DNA of 64,000 bases, from contig SKFZ01000010.1 of NCBI GenBank assembly GCA_007117695.1, positions 1,305-65,304 of the forward strand, read 5' to 3'. The notes under the pieces are model-generated. The model was not told where the DNA came from and made no database searches. It saw nothing but the letters and a program-made list of their open reading frames with translations. The stretch is from Bacilli bacterium (lineage in GTDB: Bacteria; Bacillota_I; Bacilli_A; RF39; UBA660). The first letter of the stretch is position 1. Every line of letters begins with the position of its first letter. Of the stretch, positions 20,561 to 30,706 are shown piece after piece. The translations under genes and the position numbers were made by a program.

Positions 20561-23500
20561 ATATAAAAAATATATGAAAAATTTTAATAGGAATATGAGT
20601 AAAGTGCTAAAGGATTTTGCAAACACTTTGAAAAGTGATAAGTTAGTCGCAACAATCTTTTTGATAAATATATTACTATTTTTAACAGTTAGTTTTTTTA
20701 CCACTGCTATTAATGGTATTATCGCAGTAGCACTAGTTGGTGGATTTAGTTTTTACTTAATAGGGAAAGGTAGAGCAAGTAATAAAAGTAATATTTCTAG
20801 AAGTAAAAATAAAAAGCAAGTGCAATATTCAAAAAAATCTAATGACAACATAAAAATTAATCGTAATAAGAAAAAAAATGTTAACACTAAAAGCAATAAA
20901 AAGAAAAATATTCAATCGAAAAAACCAATAAAAGATCAAAACAAATTTAAAGTTATTTTATCTAAAATACTTTCAAAAAACATTTTTAGAAAAATTGCTG
21001 CTGGTGTTTTAGTCCTAGGTATAATCGGTATGATTGGTGGATTTGTATTTATTGGTTATGTAGTTGCAACTGCACCAGAATTCGACCCAGATAACATGGT
21101 TAGAGCAGAGGCATCAATACTTTATGATGCTAATGGTGAAGAAATTACTAGACTTGGTGCTGAGCGAAGAGAAAAAATTACATTTGATGAATTGCCCGAT
21201 GTTTTAGTAGATGCTATTATCGCGACAGAAGATGCAAGATTCTTTCAACACAATGGAATTGATCTTCCAAGATTTACTAGAGCAGTAATCGGTCAAGCTA
21301 TGCGAAGAGATGCAGGTGGTGGTTCTACGTTAACTATGCAAGTTTCCAAAAATAACTATACCTCGGTAGTTGCATCTGGTTTTGAAGGTGTTACAAGAAA
21401 ATTTACAGATATATATATGTCTATTTTTGAAATAGAGAGAAATTATACAAAAGAAGAAATAATAGAGTTTTACATTAATCAACCTTATTTAGGCGGTGGT
21501 GCTTATGGAGTTGAACAAGCTAGCCAAACATACTTTAATAAAAGCGCTAGAGACTTAAATTTATCTGAAGCATCATTGATTGCAGGGCTTTTCCAAGCGC
21601 CTGGTGCCCATGATCCTTTTAATAACCCAGAGTCAGCAACTAGAAGAAGAAGCACTGTTTTGTACTTAATGGAGCGACACGGATATATTAGTAGTGAAGA
21701 AAGAGATATAGCAAACAGTATACCTGTTGAAGATTTATTAGCAACAAGAGCTCCAGGTGGAGCACATCAAGGATTTATAGATACTGTTGTTGAAGATGTA
21801 ATTAAAAAAACAGGTTTTGACCCTTATGTAGTATCTATGAACATATATACTACTATGGATAGAGAAATTCAAAGCCATATAAATGGTATAATGTCAGGTG
21901 AAAATTTCGAATGGGAAAATGATGTTGTAAATGCTGGAGTAGCAGTAGTTGATGTTAATAATGGTGCTATTAAAGGAATCGGTGCTGGAAGAAACAGAAG
22001 CGGACAAAGACAATTTAATACAGCAACTATGATAAAAAGGCATATAGGGTCAACTTCAAAACCCTTTTATGCTTATGCTCCAGGAATTGAATATAACAAT
22101 TGGTCTACTTATAGACTGTATGTAGATGAACCACACAGTTACACAAGTGGAACAGAAATTAGAAACTGGGATAGTAGGTTTGAAGGTTTACAAACAATGA
22201 GAACTACATTATCTAGATCAAGAAATATACCAGCTTTAAAAGCCTTTCAACAAAATACAAATAGAAACATCAGGGAAATGGCTACTGGACTAGGTCTTAG
22301 CCCAGAAATTTCTGGTAATATAGTGCATGAAGCACACGCGCTAGGTGGTTATAGTGGTGAGTCACCATTATCAATGGCTATTGCAAATGCTGCTTTCGCT
22401 AATGGAGGTTATTATGTTGAACCTCATGCTTTTACTAGGATAGAATTTAGAGAATCAAGAGAAGAATTTACATTTAGGCCGAAAAAAGAGCGTGTTATGA
22501 GTGAAGAAACTGCATATATGATTTCAGACATGCTTATAGATGCAGCAAACCATGGACTTGGTAGAAACTCTAATATAAACAATGCAGTTTATGGAGCTAA
22601 AACAGGGACATCAAACTTTGATAGAGAAACAATGAACAGATTTAATTTCCCAAGAGGAACAGTAAATGATAGATGGGTTGCTGGAACATCACCAGATTAT
22701 GGAATGGCCATTTGGTATGGTTATGATAGGGCTAATCCCGATTACTTTACTAATATTAATAATAGACAACACGCTATTTTATACCAAGCTTTAGGACGAG
22801 GGATTTTCAAAACAAACTCCAACTTCACTAAGCCATCATCAGTTGTTGAAGTACAAGTAGAGATGGAAAGTTGGCCAGCTATGCTACCTAGCTCAAATAC
22901 ACCAAGTAATATGATTGTAACTGAGTTATTCAAAGCTGGAACAGAGCCTACTGAAGTTTCAGATAGATACAAAGATTTAAATACTCCAACAAATTTAGAA
23001 ATAAATATTAATGGTAACACTGCTAACTTGAGTTGGGATAAAATTAGCACTCCAAAAGCATATGATAATGAATTTTTAGATAATTATTTTAGAACATTGT
23101 ATTTCAGTTCTTCTAGACGTAGTAGTGCTATAAGTGCTAGAAATTCCTACAACCAACAAAATATTGGAGATATTGGTTATAACATTTACGCTATTAACAA
23201 TGGCAATAGAACTTTGCTTGGATTTACCAAAGATAATAATTTCAGCACACAAATTCAAAATGGAACTGAAGCTTACGAAGTAACGGCAACATTCCAAATA
23301 TTCAAAAATGCAGAAAGTGATGCAATTAGAAAAGATGTAGATCGAAGCCAACTATCAATTATAGAAGCCGAAATTAATGGTAGTGAAGAAATATTTATAG
23401 AAATTGATAGCACCTTCATTGATCCAGGGGTTTCTGTAATTGAAAACAACGAAGATGTAACAGATCAAGCAACAATAGTTAAAGTTATTAGAAAAAATGG

Positions 23501-23612
23501 TCAACCAGTTAGCGAATTATTAACTGATGAACCAGGTGAATATAATATTAATTATGAAATAAAGTATAAAAATTTATCGAAAACACTAACTAGAAAAGTT
23601 ATTGTTCAATAA
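20547..23612 (+). CDS. ponA: Class A penicillin-binding protein PBP1A (glycosyltransferase plus transpeptidase) with an N-terminal extension
   Basis: GT51 motifs (EDARFFQHNGID, RKFTDIY) and transpeptidase motifs (STSKPF, SGT, KTGT). The AAAGGAGG Shine-Dalgarno sequence before the ATG at 20547 supports that start. It overlaps the recU 3' end by 14 nt. Confidence 0.9.
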   Translation: MKTNKYKKYMKNFNRNMSKVLKDFANTLKSDKLVATIFLINILLFLTVSFFTTAINGIIAVALVGGFSFYLIGKGRASNKSNISRSKNKKQVQYSKKSNDNIKINRNKKKNVNTKSNKKKNIQSKKPIKDQNKFKVILSKILSKNIFRKIAAGVLVLGIIGMIGGFVFIGYVVATAPEFDPDNMVRAEASILYDANGEEITRLGAERREKITFDELPDVLVDAIIATEDARFFQHNGIDLPRFTRAVIGQAMRRDAGGGSTLTMQVSKNNYTSVVASGFEGVTRKFTDIYMSIFEIERNYTKEEIIEFYINQPYLGGGAYGVEQASQTYFNKSARDLNLSEASLIAGLFQAPGAHDPFNNPESATRRRSTVLYLMERHGYISSEERDIANSIPVEDLLATRAPGGAHQGFIDTVVEDVIKKTGFDPYVVSMNIYTTMDREIQSHINGIMSGENFEWENDVVNAGVAVVDVNNGAIKGIGAGRNRSGQRQFNTATMIKRHIGSTSKPFYAYAPGIEYNNWSTYRLYVDEPHSYTSGTEIRNWDSRFEGLQTMRTTLSRSRNIPALKAFQQNTNRNIREMATGLGLSPEISGNIVHEAHALGGYSGESPLSMAIANAAFANGGYYVEPHAFTRIEFRESREEFTFRPKKERVMSEETAYMISDMLIDAANHGLGRNSNINNAVYGAKTGTSNFDRETMNRFNFPRGTVNDRWVAGTSPDYGMAIWYGYDRANPDYFTNINNRQHAILYQALGRGIFKTNSNFTKPSSVVEVQVEMESWPAMLPSSNTPSNMIVTELFKAGTEPTEVSDRYKDLNTPTNLEININGNTANLSWDKISTPKAYDNEFLDNYFRTLYFSSSRRSSAISARNSYNQQNIGDIGYNIYAINNGNRTLLGFTKDNNFSTQIQNGTEAYEVTATFQIFKNAESDAIRKDVDRSQLSIIEAEINGSEEIFIEIDSTFIDPGVSVIENNEDVTDQATIVKVIRKNGQPVSELLTDEPGEYNINYEIKYKNLSKTLTRKVIVQ

Positions 23613-23646
23613 AAAAAATGATTTAGGTTTTCTAAATCATTTTTTC
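23613..23646. terminator. Bidirectional terminator between convergent ponA and the ftsB-like gene
   Basis: Stem aaaatgatttag / ctaaatcatttt with loop gtttt. An A-run precedes it and a T-run follows. Confidence 0.6.
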
Positions 23647-24065
23647 TTTTTCTTTTGTTTTCTTCTTTTCATTAAATAAATTATTAAAATCAGTAATGAA
23701 AAAGATGATATTATAAATACTTTGTTTCCTTGACTAATGTCTTCCAATAAATAAGAATCGTCTTTTACTTCTTCTCTCTCAATCCTAATTATGTATTCGC
23801 CTTCTTTAGAGTAAAGAAAATTTTCTCTAGCAAACCTAGCGATATAATCAGGGTCTTGTAATTTACCTAATTCTAATTCTAATTGTTCTTGTTTTTTTTC
23901 TAGTAAAGCAATTTCTTTTTGTAATTCTTTCTTTTGACTATTCAACTCTAAAATACTATAAACATTTTGCCCGATTGAAAAAAGTGTGTAGAAAATCACT
24001 ACTGCTGAAATAGTTCCAAAAATAATTAATCTTCTTTTTACGCCTTTACTAACCTTTTTTTTCAT
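23637..24065 (-). CDS. Septum formation initiator (FtsB/DivIC family). Start moved to MKKKV with an AAAGGTGA ribosome-binding site.
   Basis: One N-terminal transmembrane segment, then coiled-coil LELNSQKKELQKEIALLEKKQEQLELELGKLQDPDYIARFARENF. The ORF-track N-terminus has no ribosome-binding site. Confidence 0.6.
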   Translation of the reverse strand: MKKKVSKGVKRRLIIFGTISAVVIFYTLFSIGQNVYSILELNSQKKELQKEIALLEKKQEQLELELGKLQDPDYIARFARENFLYSKEGEYIIRIEREEVKDDSYLLEDISQGNKVFIISSFSLLILIIYLMKRRKQKKKKK

Positions 24066-24144
24066 ACGATCACCTTTACTATAAATAAAGTATACCATTT
24101 ATGATGATTGCTATCAACAAATAAAAAAACTCCTCAGAGCTTTT

Positions 24145-24402
24145 TTATGATTCGTTTTTGTACGCTTCAAGAATAGTGTCTTCGAACATTTTTCTTGTTT
24201 CAGGATTAATTGGATGCGCTATGTCGCGGTAACCACCAGTCGCTGTCTTACGACTAGGCATTGCAACAAAAAGTCCGTTATCTCCTTCGATGATTTTCAA
24301 ATCGTGAATTGCAAAACAATCGTCGAGCAAAACTGAAGCGATACCTTTCATTCGTGAGTCTTCTTTTTCGACTTTACGAACGTTAACAGATGAAATTTTC
24401 AA
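24145..24402 (-). CDS. spoVG: SpoVG
   Basis: Strong match to SpoVG (NGLFVAMPSRKT..G.YRDIAHPIN..TR). A probable TTG start is preceded by GGGAGA. Confidence 0.85.
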   Translation of the reverse strand: MKISSVNVRKVEKEDSRMKGIASVLLDDCFAIHDLKIIEGDNGLFVAMPSRKTATGGYRDIAHPINPETRKMFEDTILEAYKNES

Positions 24403-24503
24403 GCAAACATCTCCCTTCATAGTACTTTACACCTTCATTATATACCACAAAATAAATAAATGCAATAAAAAGAGAACAAATGTACAATGTTCCCTTTTTA
24501 TAA

Positions 24504-25403
24504 TTATATTTTCAAATGCTTTCTAACAGCACGCCATGAACCAAACATACCTACAATAATTCCTAGGCCTATTAATATAATGGTTACACCATATAAAAAT
24601 GGGAATGGCTCAACTAACCTTATAAACGGACTAAATAGTTGACCATCAAAGTTCTCATAAATTCTATTATAAGCATATATTGTTGCCCCAACAGGTATTA
24701 TTGACCCTATAAACCCTAAAAATAATCCCTCTATTATAAAAGGTACTTTAATGTTTATATTAGAAGCTCCTACTAGTCGCATTATTTCTATTTCTCTTTT
24801 TCTAGAAAATATCGCTATTTTTATTGTGTTTGATATTAAAAATGCAGTAACTACTATTAAAGCTAAAACAATACCTACAGAAACTTTTCTAACTACATCA
24901 AACAATGAAACAAGTTGCTCAATCATACCTTCACCATACTTGGTCGAATCAACTGGCTCTAATTCTAATATTCTAGCGGCTATGAAACCGATTTCATCTA
25001 TATTGTCAACTTTGATTAAAAATGTATCTTGTAAAGGGTTTTCATCTTCTGACCAGTTTTTCATAATATTTTGGAAAACTTCCGATGATTCCATCATCTC
25101 TTCAGTAATAGCCATCTTAGATTGGAAAACAAAAGAGTCAATTCCATCCATATTTTTTATGGCATTCTCAACTTCAATCACTTCTTCACGTGTTGCAGTA
25201 GTTTCTAAAAATGCAACAATTGTAACATCCCTTTCAACTAACGTAGCAAAATTATCCACATTATAACTAAGTATTAATGAAATTGATACAACAAGCAAAG
25301 TTATAGTTATTGATGAAACAGATGCAAGAGAAAGAGAAAAATTTCTAATTACACTTAAAGCAGCATCTCTTATGTTTCTTGAAAAAATTCTAAAAAATTT
25401 CAT
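24504..25403 (-). CDS. ftsX: Cell division permease FtsX
   Basis: Four-transmembrane-segment FtsX topology with a large extracellular loop. It overlaps ftsE by 4 nt. Confidence 0.85.
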   Translation of the reverse strand: MKFFRIFSRNIRDAALSVIRNFSLSLASVSSITITLLVVSISLILSYNVDNFATLVERDVTIVAFLETTATREEVIEVENAIKNMDGIDSFVFQSKMAITEEMMESSEVFQNIMKNWSEDENPLQDTFLIKVDNIDEIGFIAARILELEPVDSTKYGEGMIEQLVSLFDVVRKVSVGIVLALIVVTAFLISNTIKIAIFSRKREIEIMRLVGASNINIKVPFIIEGLFLGFIGSIIPVGATIYAYNRIYENFDGQLFSPFIRLVEPFPFLYGVTIILIGLGIIVGMFGSWRAVRKHLKI

Positions 25404-26083
25404 GCGTACTCACCTTCTTTGTACTCTTTTAAGACTCTGCCTGATTCCATCAAAATAACTCTTTTATTATTTTCCTTAACAACATCGTGATTGTGTGTAA
25501 CCATAATCACGGTAGTACCCATCTTATTTATTTCCATTAAAACCTTCATTATCTCGGCACTTGTAGGGGGATCTAAATTTCCCGTTGGCTCATCACATAT
25601 TAAAATTTTAGGACCATTAACTATAGCTCGTGCTATTGCAATTCTTTGTTGTTCACCACCAGAAAGTTGTTCTGGATAGTTTTTAGCCTTGTTTTTCAAA
25701 CCCACAAGGTCTAGCGCCTTGATTACCTTTTTATGAATCTCACTTTTGGGCAACCCTAAAACATCTAATGCAAAAGCAACATTTTCATAAGCAGTTGCTT
25801 TGTTCAACAATTTATAATCTTGAAAAACAACCCCTAATTTTCTTCTTAATTTATAAACTTTACTGTTTCTTAATTTACCAACATTAAGACCACCTACTAC
25901 AATTGTCCCTGAAGTCGGTTTTTCTTCTCTATACATCATTTTTATAACAGTTGACTTTCCGCACCCTGTCGAACCTATTATAAAAACAAATTCTCCTTTA
26001 TTAATGTTTAAGTTGATATCTTGAGCAGCCGTAACACCGTTCTTATATCGCTTCTTGACATCTCTCATTTCAATTAAACTCAT
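25400..26083 (-). CDS. ftsE: Cell division ABC ATPase FtsE
   Basis: Walker [13 protein letters not shown] signature LSGGEQQR and Walker B ILICDEPT. Confidence 0.9.
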   Translation of the reverse strand: MSLIEMRDVKKRYKNGVTAAQDINLNINKGEFVFIIGSTGCGKSTVIKMMYREEKPTSGTIVVGGLNVGKLRNSKVYKLRRKLGVVFQDYKLLNKATAYENVAFALDVLGLPKSEIHKKVIKALDLVGLKNKAKNYPEQLSGGEQQRIAIARAIVNGPKILICDEPTGNLDPPTSAEIMKVLMEINKMGTTVIMVTHNHDVVKENNKRVILMESGRVLKEYKEGEYA

Positions 26084-26098
26084 TGTATTTCCCCTTTC

Positions 26099-26992
26099 TT
26101 AATAAACACCTTTCAAACTTCCACCAAATGTTTCATATGTGTCTGAAACCACAAAGAATGCATCTTCATCTATTTGGTTTATACCTTCTTTTAAAATAAA
26201 ATATTGTTTCGTTGGCACAGTACACATTATAACTTTTTGCTTATGGCCACTAAAGCCACCTTTGGAATCCATCATTGTAACACCTTGATGTAAATTTTTT
26301 ATAATGAAATCTTTTACTTCTTTTTCTTTAGACGTAACTATATAAAACATTTTAGAATTAGAAATACCTAAAATAACCTTATCTGTCAGAACACTAATTA
26401 TATATAGAGCCATTAAAGAATACATAGCGATATGAAGTCCAAAAGAATACATACCTATTAAAATTATTGCCCCATTAATTATAATCATTGCTGTTCCTAT
26501 TGATATTTTCGCATACTTATATGCAATTTGATTTAATATGTCCGTTCCGCCTGTAGTAAACCCTGTTTTAAAAACTAATCCGATACCAAACCCTGTTATT
26601 ACAGAACCATATAAAACTATCAAAAGAGGATCTTCTAAATTCATATTAACCATATCTGGAACATTTTCGGTCAGTCTAATAAATATAGGATATAATATTG
26701 CCCCAGCAATAGAATATTTGGTTTTATCTTTGCCTAGGAAAAAATAGCTTAGGCCAAGTGCAAATATACTTGATAATAGCAATACATTACCTGCATTAAA
26801 GCCAAATGCTTGATTTAATACAACAGCAATTCCACTAAAACCAAAAGTAATTCTCATTGGAAGAATAAAAAGGTTAAATGATATGGCTGCTAAAAAAACT
26901 CCGGTTAAAAAAAGTGCATATCTGACAATTAAGTCTTGTTTATATATTTCTTTTAAAATGTTTTCATTTTTCTTTGAAAAAAACCTCATCAT
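26099..26992 (-). CDS. YitT family membrane protein (DUF161 plus a C-terminal DUF2179-like domain)
   Basis: Multi-transmembrane N-terminus plus a soluble C-terminal domain. The architecture is typical of YitT. Confidence 0.65.
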   Translation of the reverse strand: MMRFFSKKNENILKEIYKQDLIVRYALFLTGVFLAAISFNLFILPMRITFGFSGIAVVLNQAFGFNAGNVLLLSSIFALGLSYFFLGKDKTKYSIAGAILYPIFIRLTENVPDMVNMNLEDPLLIVLYGSVITGFGIGLVFKTGFTTGGTDILNQIAYKYAKISIGTAMIIINGAIILIGMYSFGLHIAMYSLMALYIISVLTDKVILGISNSKMFYIVTSKEKEVKDFIIKNLHQGVTMMDSKGGFSGHKQKVIMCTVPTKQYFILKEGINQIDEDAFFVVSDTYETFGGSLKGVY

Positions 26993-28087
26993 TTCACACT
27001 CCTTAAATTTGAATTTATAAACTCTTCAATGTAGCCATCCATTACCTTATCAACATTGCTAGTTTCGTAATTGGTTCTATGATCTTTGACAAGTGAATAA
27101 GGATGCATAACATAACTTCTTATTTGAGAACCAAAGTCAATAGAACTTTGATCACCTTTTATATCACTTAATTCTTTTTCTTGCTTCTCAATTTCTAATT
27201 TATGAAGCTTATTTTTCAAAATTTCTATCGCTTTTGCTTTATTTTGAATTTGGCTTCTTTCATTTTGGCAAGTAACAATTACACCAGTTTCTATGTGAGT
27301 AACTCTTACTGCACTATCAGTCGTGTTTACCGACTGCCCTCCAGCTCCGCTACTTTTGTACACATCAATTTTAATATCCGCGTCTGATATTTCTATTTCG
27401 ATATCATTGTTTTGAAAGATCGGTTCAATTGATACTGATGCAAAAGAAGTATGTCTTCTATTATTTGAGTCAAACGGCGATATTCTAACTAATCTATGAA
27501 CTCCTTGCTCATTTTTTAAGTATCCATATACGTAATCACCTTTAACAAGTATAGAAGCACTTTTTATTCCTACATCCATATTATTAACGTTTATAATTTC
27601 ATAATTATAACCTTTTAAATCAAAATATCTTAAATACATTCTAAAAAGCATATTAGCCCAATCACAAGATTCAGTACCACCTGCACCTGAATGAATTTCT
27701 ACAATCGCATCATTTGAATCATATGTTCCGCTTAACAATACTTTAATTTCTAAATCATTGATAATTTTTTTTATTTCACTAATGTCAGTTAAAAGCAATT
27801 CTTTTAAATCTTCTTCACTATCAATTTCATCAGTTTTTAAAATTTCTAAATTAGAATTTATTTTTTCTAGTGCTAAATCCGCTTTAGAAAGCGATTCTTT
27901 TATACTATTAAATTCTTTTATAACAGACTCACTTTTTTCACGATCATCCCAAAAATTCTCACTACTCATAAGTGACTCTAATTTAATCATTTTCTTCTTT
28001 TTCTCTTCTATGTCAAAGAGACCCCCTGATCTCATTTATTGTACTTAAAAGAGATTCATAACTTTTTAATAATTCATACTTTTCCAT
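26989..28087 (-). CDS. prfB: Peptide chain release factor 2, expressed through a programmed +1 ribosomal frameshift. ORF0 runs 28087..28013 and the main frame runs from 28014 downstream.
   Basis: The minus-strand sequence reads ATG GAA AAG TAT ... ATC AGG GGG TCT CTT TGA C. ORF0 therefore encodes 24 codons (MEKYELLKSYESLLSTINEIRGSL) ending at an in-frame UGA. An internal SD-like AGGGGG sits 3 nt before CUU UGA C. A +1 slip continues into GAC (D) of the 348-aa GGQ-containing RF2 frame (SGAGGQSVNTTDSAVRVTH, SPF tripeptide region). Confidence 0.9.
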
Positions 28088-28158
28088 ATCATCACCGTAT
28101 ATATAATTATAACATTTTTAGTTTGATTTTACTATTTTTTAGCAAAGAAAAAAAAGTG

Positions 28159-28455
28159 CTATACACTTTTTTTCATAATGAAATATTTACACCCATACGC
28201 ACAATGCTCTTTTAAATAAGTTTCCTTATTATTTATGTCATTTACTTTATTATAAATTTTATTACCCTTTGTACAAAAACCTTTTAACCTAAGTTTTCCA
28301 TAAGCCCAATCACCTAAAATGTAATCATAATTATCGAAAAAATCAGTCAACTTAGTAGTTACCTCTTCTTTGTCAAATGCTTGGTTGTGATTCTCAATTA
28401 TTTCATATTCTTTATTATTTATAATTACTTTTTCCATATTAATACTCCTTTTCAA
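28159..28455 (-). CDS. YutD-like DUF1027 small protein
   Basis: Motif DYILGDWAYGKLRLKGF ... CAYGCKYF, resembling YutD family proteins. Confidence 0.45.
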   Translation of the reverse strand: MKRSINMEKVIINNKEYEIIENHNQAFDKEEVTTKLTDFFDNYDYILGDWAYGKLRLKGFCTKGNKIYNKVNDINNKETYLKEHCAYGCKYFIMKKSV

Positions 28456-30115
28456 ATGCTTCTATATAACTATTATACCTTGATAATGAAGATGCTGCAT
28501 TCCAAGTCATAAAACCACCATTTAAATTGCTATCAAAAAGAGCTTGTATTTGATCCTCAATCATCTTATTATCATATTTTACCCTCGGATTTCTAATAGC
28601 ATCATAAGCTTGTATCCAAGTTCTAACTTTAGCCGGCGTTGGAGTTTCTTTTTGCCTTTGGTTAGTAAAATTACCCCAAATTTTCAAAAGATCATATGGT
28701 ATTGTCCAAACTGGCTGGCTAAGTCCATATTCATACATTGAAAAATGATCTGGATAGGGCATTGGACTAATTACATCAACAACATTTGATATGGCAGGCA
28801 AATATTGTCCATATGCTGTAACGTAAGCATGTGATGATTCACCAAATACATCCGCTGATATGTATGCATCAACTTCCCTTAATTCATCTTTGGCATATAT
28901 CAAAAAATTTTGAACAGCTTCCGCTTTATCTTCATCATATCTATTTTTTAAATCAATATGCCCTTCATTTTCTAATCTATTAATTCGATCAGGAAACCTT
29001 ATATAATCAAATTGAATTTCGTTAAACCCAAAATTTAAAACCGCCTCTTTAGCTAATTCAACATTAAATTCCCACACTTCTCTAGAATACGGTGTTGGCC
29101 AATTTGAGTTGTTGTGAACTAGTGGTTTATCCGTTCTTTTATCAATAATCGCATGATCAGGATGGTCCATAACAAAGTATTCATCTTTAAAAACCGTTAT
29201 TCTTCCAATAGTATAAAACCCTGCCTCATTTAACTTGTTAATTGCAGTTTCATATCTTTCATATGAGTTTAATGCTCTATTATAATTAGTTTTACTATAA
29301 TTTTTCATAACCTCAGATTTATATGCAGGCATTTTATCGTCCTTGATATCAACAACAAAGGCATTTATTGATGTGTCTTTAAAACTCTCTATATATTCAT
29401 CAATTCTATGCAGGACTGCACCATTCAAGTACAAACTTCTAACTTCATCTGGCATGTCGTTATCTATTATAGGTGATTTATCTACTGGGAAAAAATCTAA
29501 ATTTGCAGCAGATCCACCACCAAGATTGTTGCCTCTTCTATTGTGAATTTCATATTCCCCTGTTGCATAAGTTGACTTAGCATAATCTAAATCATCAGTT
29601 AAGTACTTTGCATAAACCCAGCCAACTTTTTCATCATGCTCAATTTTATACATATTTATACTACCGTCTGCTAAAAGAGAATCATAGTCTATTATATTAA
29701 CTTTATTAGCCTTTTTCACAAGTGAAAGACCGTCTTCTTTCCTAACTGTGACTGGCGTTCTAACATACATAAATGACTCTGTTACAACATCTTCAATATT
29801 TTCTTTTAAATCGCTATAGTCTATCAAGTATTTTCTCTCGTTATATAATATTTTAGTTTTATCTTCTAACTCCTCTACAAATTCAACTTTTGTTCCTCTT
29901 ATTATTTCAACAGTTTCAGAAGTTTCATAATCAATCACTTTTAAAGTTTTTTGGTTTGAAGAGATATAATAATGTCTTGTTTCGAAAGGAAGTGTCCCGC
30001 TCATACTATAATATGCTAACAATATAGTTAAAATTAACAAAGTGATGAAAAAAAACATTACCAAATATAATTGTTTAATTAAATAAGATTTTGAAACTTT
30101 AACCATATTGATCAC
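28439..30115 (-). CDS. Membrane-anchored putative extracellular glycoside-hydrolase-like TIM-barrel protein (DUF4015-like)
   Basis: N-terminal transmembrane anchor. The FNEIQFDYIRFPD block is typical of DUF4015/GHL-type proteins, which are often misannotated as GTP-binding. It overlaps the yutD-like gene by 17 nt. Confidence 0.45.
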   Translation of the reverse strand: MINMVKVSKSYLIKQLYLVMFFFITLLILTILLAYYSMSGTLPFETRHYYISSNQKTLKVIDYETSETVEIIRGTKVEFVEELEDKTKILYNERKYLIDYSDLKENIEDVVTESFMYVRTPVTVRKEDGLSLVKKANKVNIIDYDSLLADGSINMYKIEHDEKVGWVYAKYLTDDLDYAKSTYATGEYEIHNRRGNNLGGGSAANLDFFPVDKSPIIDNDMPDEVRSLYLNGAVLHRIDEYIESFKDTSINAFVVDIKDDKMPAYKSEVMKNYSKTNYNRALNSYERYETAINKLNEAGFYTIGRITVFKDEYFVMDHPDHAIIDKRTDKPLVHNNSNWPTPYSREVWEFNVELAKEAVLNFGFNEIQFDYIRFPDRINRLENEGHIDLKNRYDEDKAEAVQNFLIYAKDELREVDAYISADVFGESSHAYVTAYGQYLPAISNVVDVISPMPYPDHFSMYEYGLSQPVWTIPYDLLKIWGNFTNQRQKETPTPAKVRTWIQAYDAIRNPRVKYDNKMIEDQIQALFDSNLNGGFMTWNAASSLSRYNSYIEAFEKEY

Positions 30116-30142
30116 CTACTTAAAATTATAGCAAAAAAACAT

Positions 30143-30706
30143 CTATAAAAATAGATGTTTTTCTTTTATAAATGGTTTTTTATTAACCTTTTTTTTAATA
30201 TACTTAGTTACAAGAACCACTCGATCCTTTTTTAAACTCTCTTTAACATTTATAACTCTTTGATTAGCCGACCCTCTAAACATTAAATCACTGCTTTTTT
30301 CATCTAAAATGAATTTACCATCAATTAATACATCAACGTTTAAAAGCAATTCCTTAATTAGAGGATTCGAATTCGCCATAACTAAAAGTTGCTCATATGT
30401 AAACCCTGTATAGCACCAAACATTTAATCCTATACTCTTAGAAAAAGACGCAATTTCAAGAGATTGTTTAACTTGAAGAAGTGGATCACCGCCAGTTAAA
30501 GTAATTCCATCATTATTTTTAACCGCCGCTATTTCCTCTTTTAATTCTGCTATATCTTTTTCAAATCCACCCTTTAAACTGTGTGTTTTTTTATTATGAC
30601 AGCCTGGGCAATTGTGAATACAACCTTGCATCCAAACTACCATTCTTATTCCTTCGCCATCTACAATACTGTCTTGTTGAAGAGGGCTTGATAACCTAAC
30701 TTTCAT
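30143..30706 (-). CDS. nrdG: Anaerobic ribonucleoside-triphosphate reductase activating protein (radical SAM)
   Basis: CxxxCxxC-type cluster (GCIHNCPGCHNK), about 187 aa, immediately downstream of nrdD. Confidence 0.85.
   Translation of the reverse strand: MKVRLSSPLQQDSIVDGEGIRMVVWMQGCIHNCPGCHNKKTHSLKGGFEKDIAELKEEIAAVKNNDGITLTGGDPLLQVKQSLEIASFSKSIGLNVWCYTGFTYEQLLVMANSNPLIKELLLNVDVLIDGKFILDEKSSDLMFRGSANQRVINVKESLKKDRVVLVTKYIKKKVNKKPFIKEKHLFL

Noticed and set aside
20760-20960. AAA/AAT-rich low-complexity stretch considered as an intergenic spacer or separate small ORF between recU and ponA
   Set aside because: It is in frame with and continuous into the PBP1A reading frame, so it is interpreted as a lysine-rich linker of the PBP1A N-terminal extension.
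23637-24098. Longer N-terminus (MVYFIYSKGDR...) of the ftsB-like gene
   Set aside because: There is no ribosome-binding site before the first ATG. A strong AAAGGTGA ribosome-binding site precedes the internal MKKKV, which gives a typical DivIC/FtsB size.
24099-24144. Possible terminator after spoVG (aaaaaaactcctcagagctttttt)
   Set aside because: No real inverted repeat is present. The flanking arms are not complementary.
26989-28035. prfB as an N-terminally truncated gene or pseudogene
   Set aside because: The upstream ORF0 with AGGGGG-N3-CUU UGA C is the textbook programmed frameshift site, so the gene is intact.
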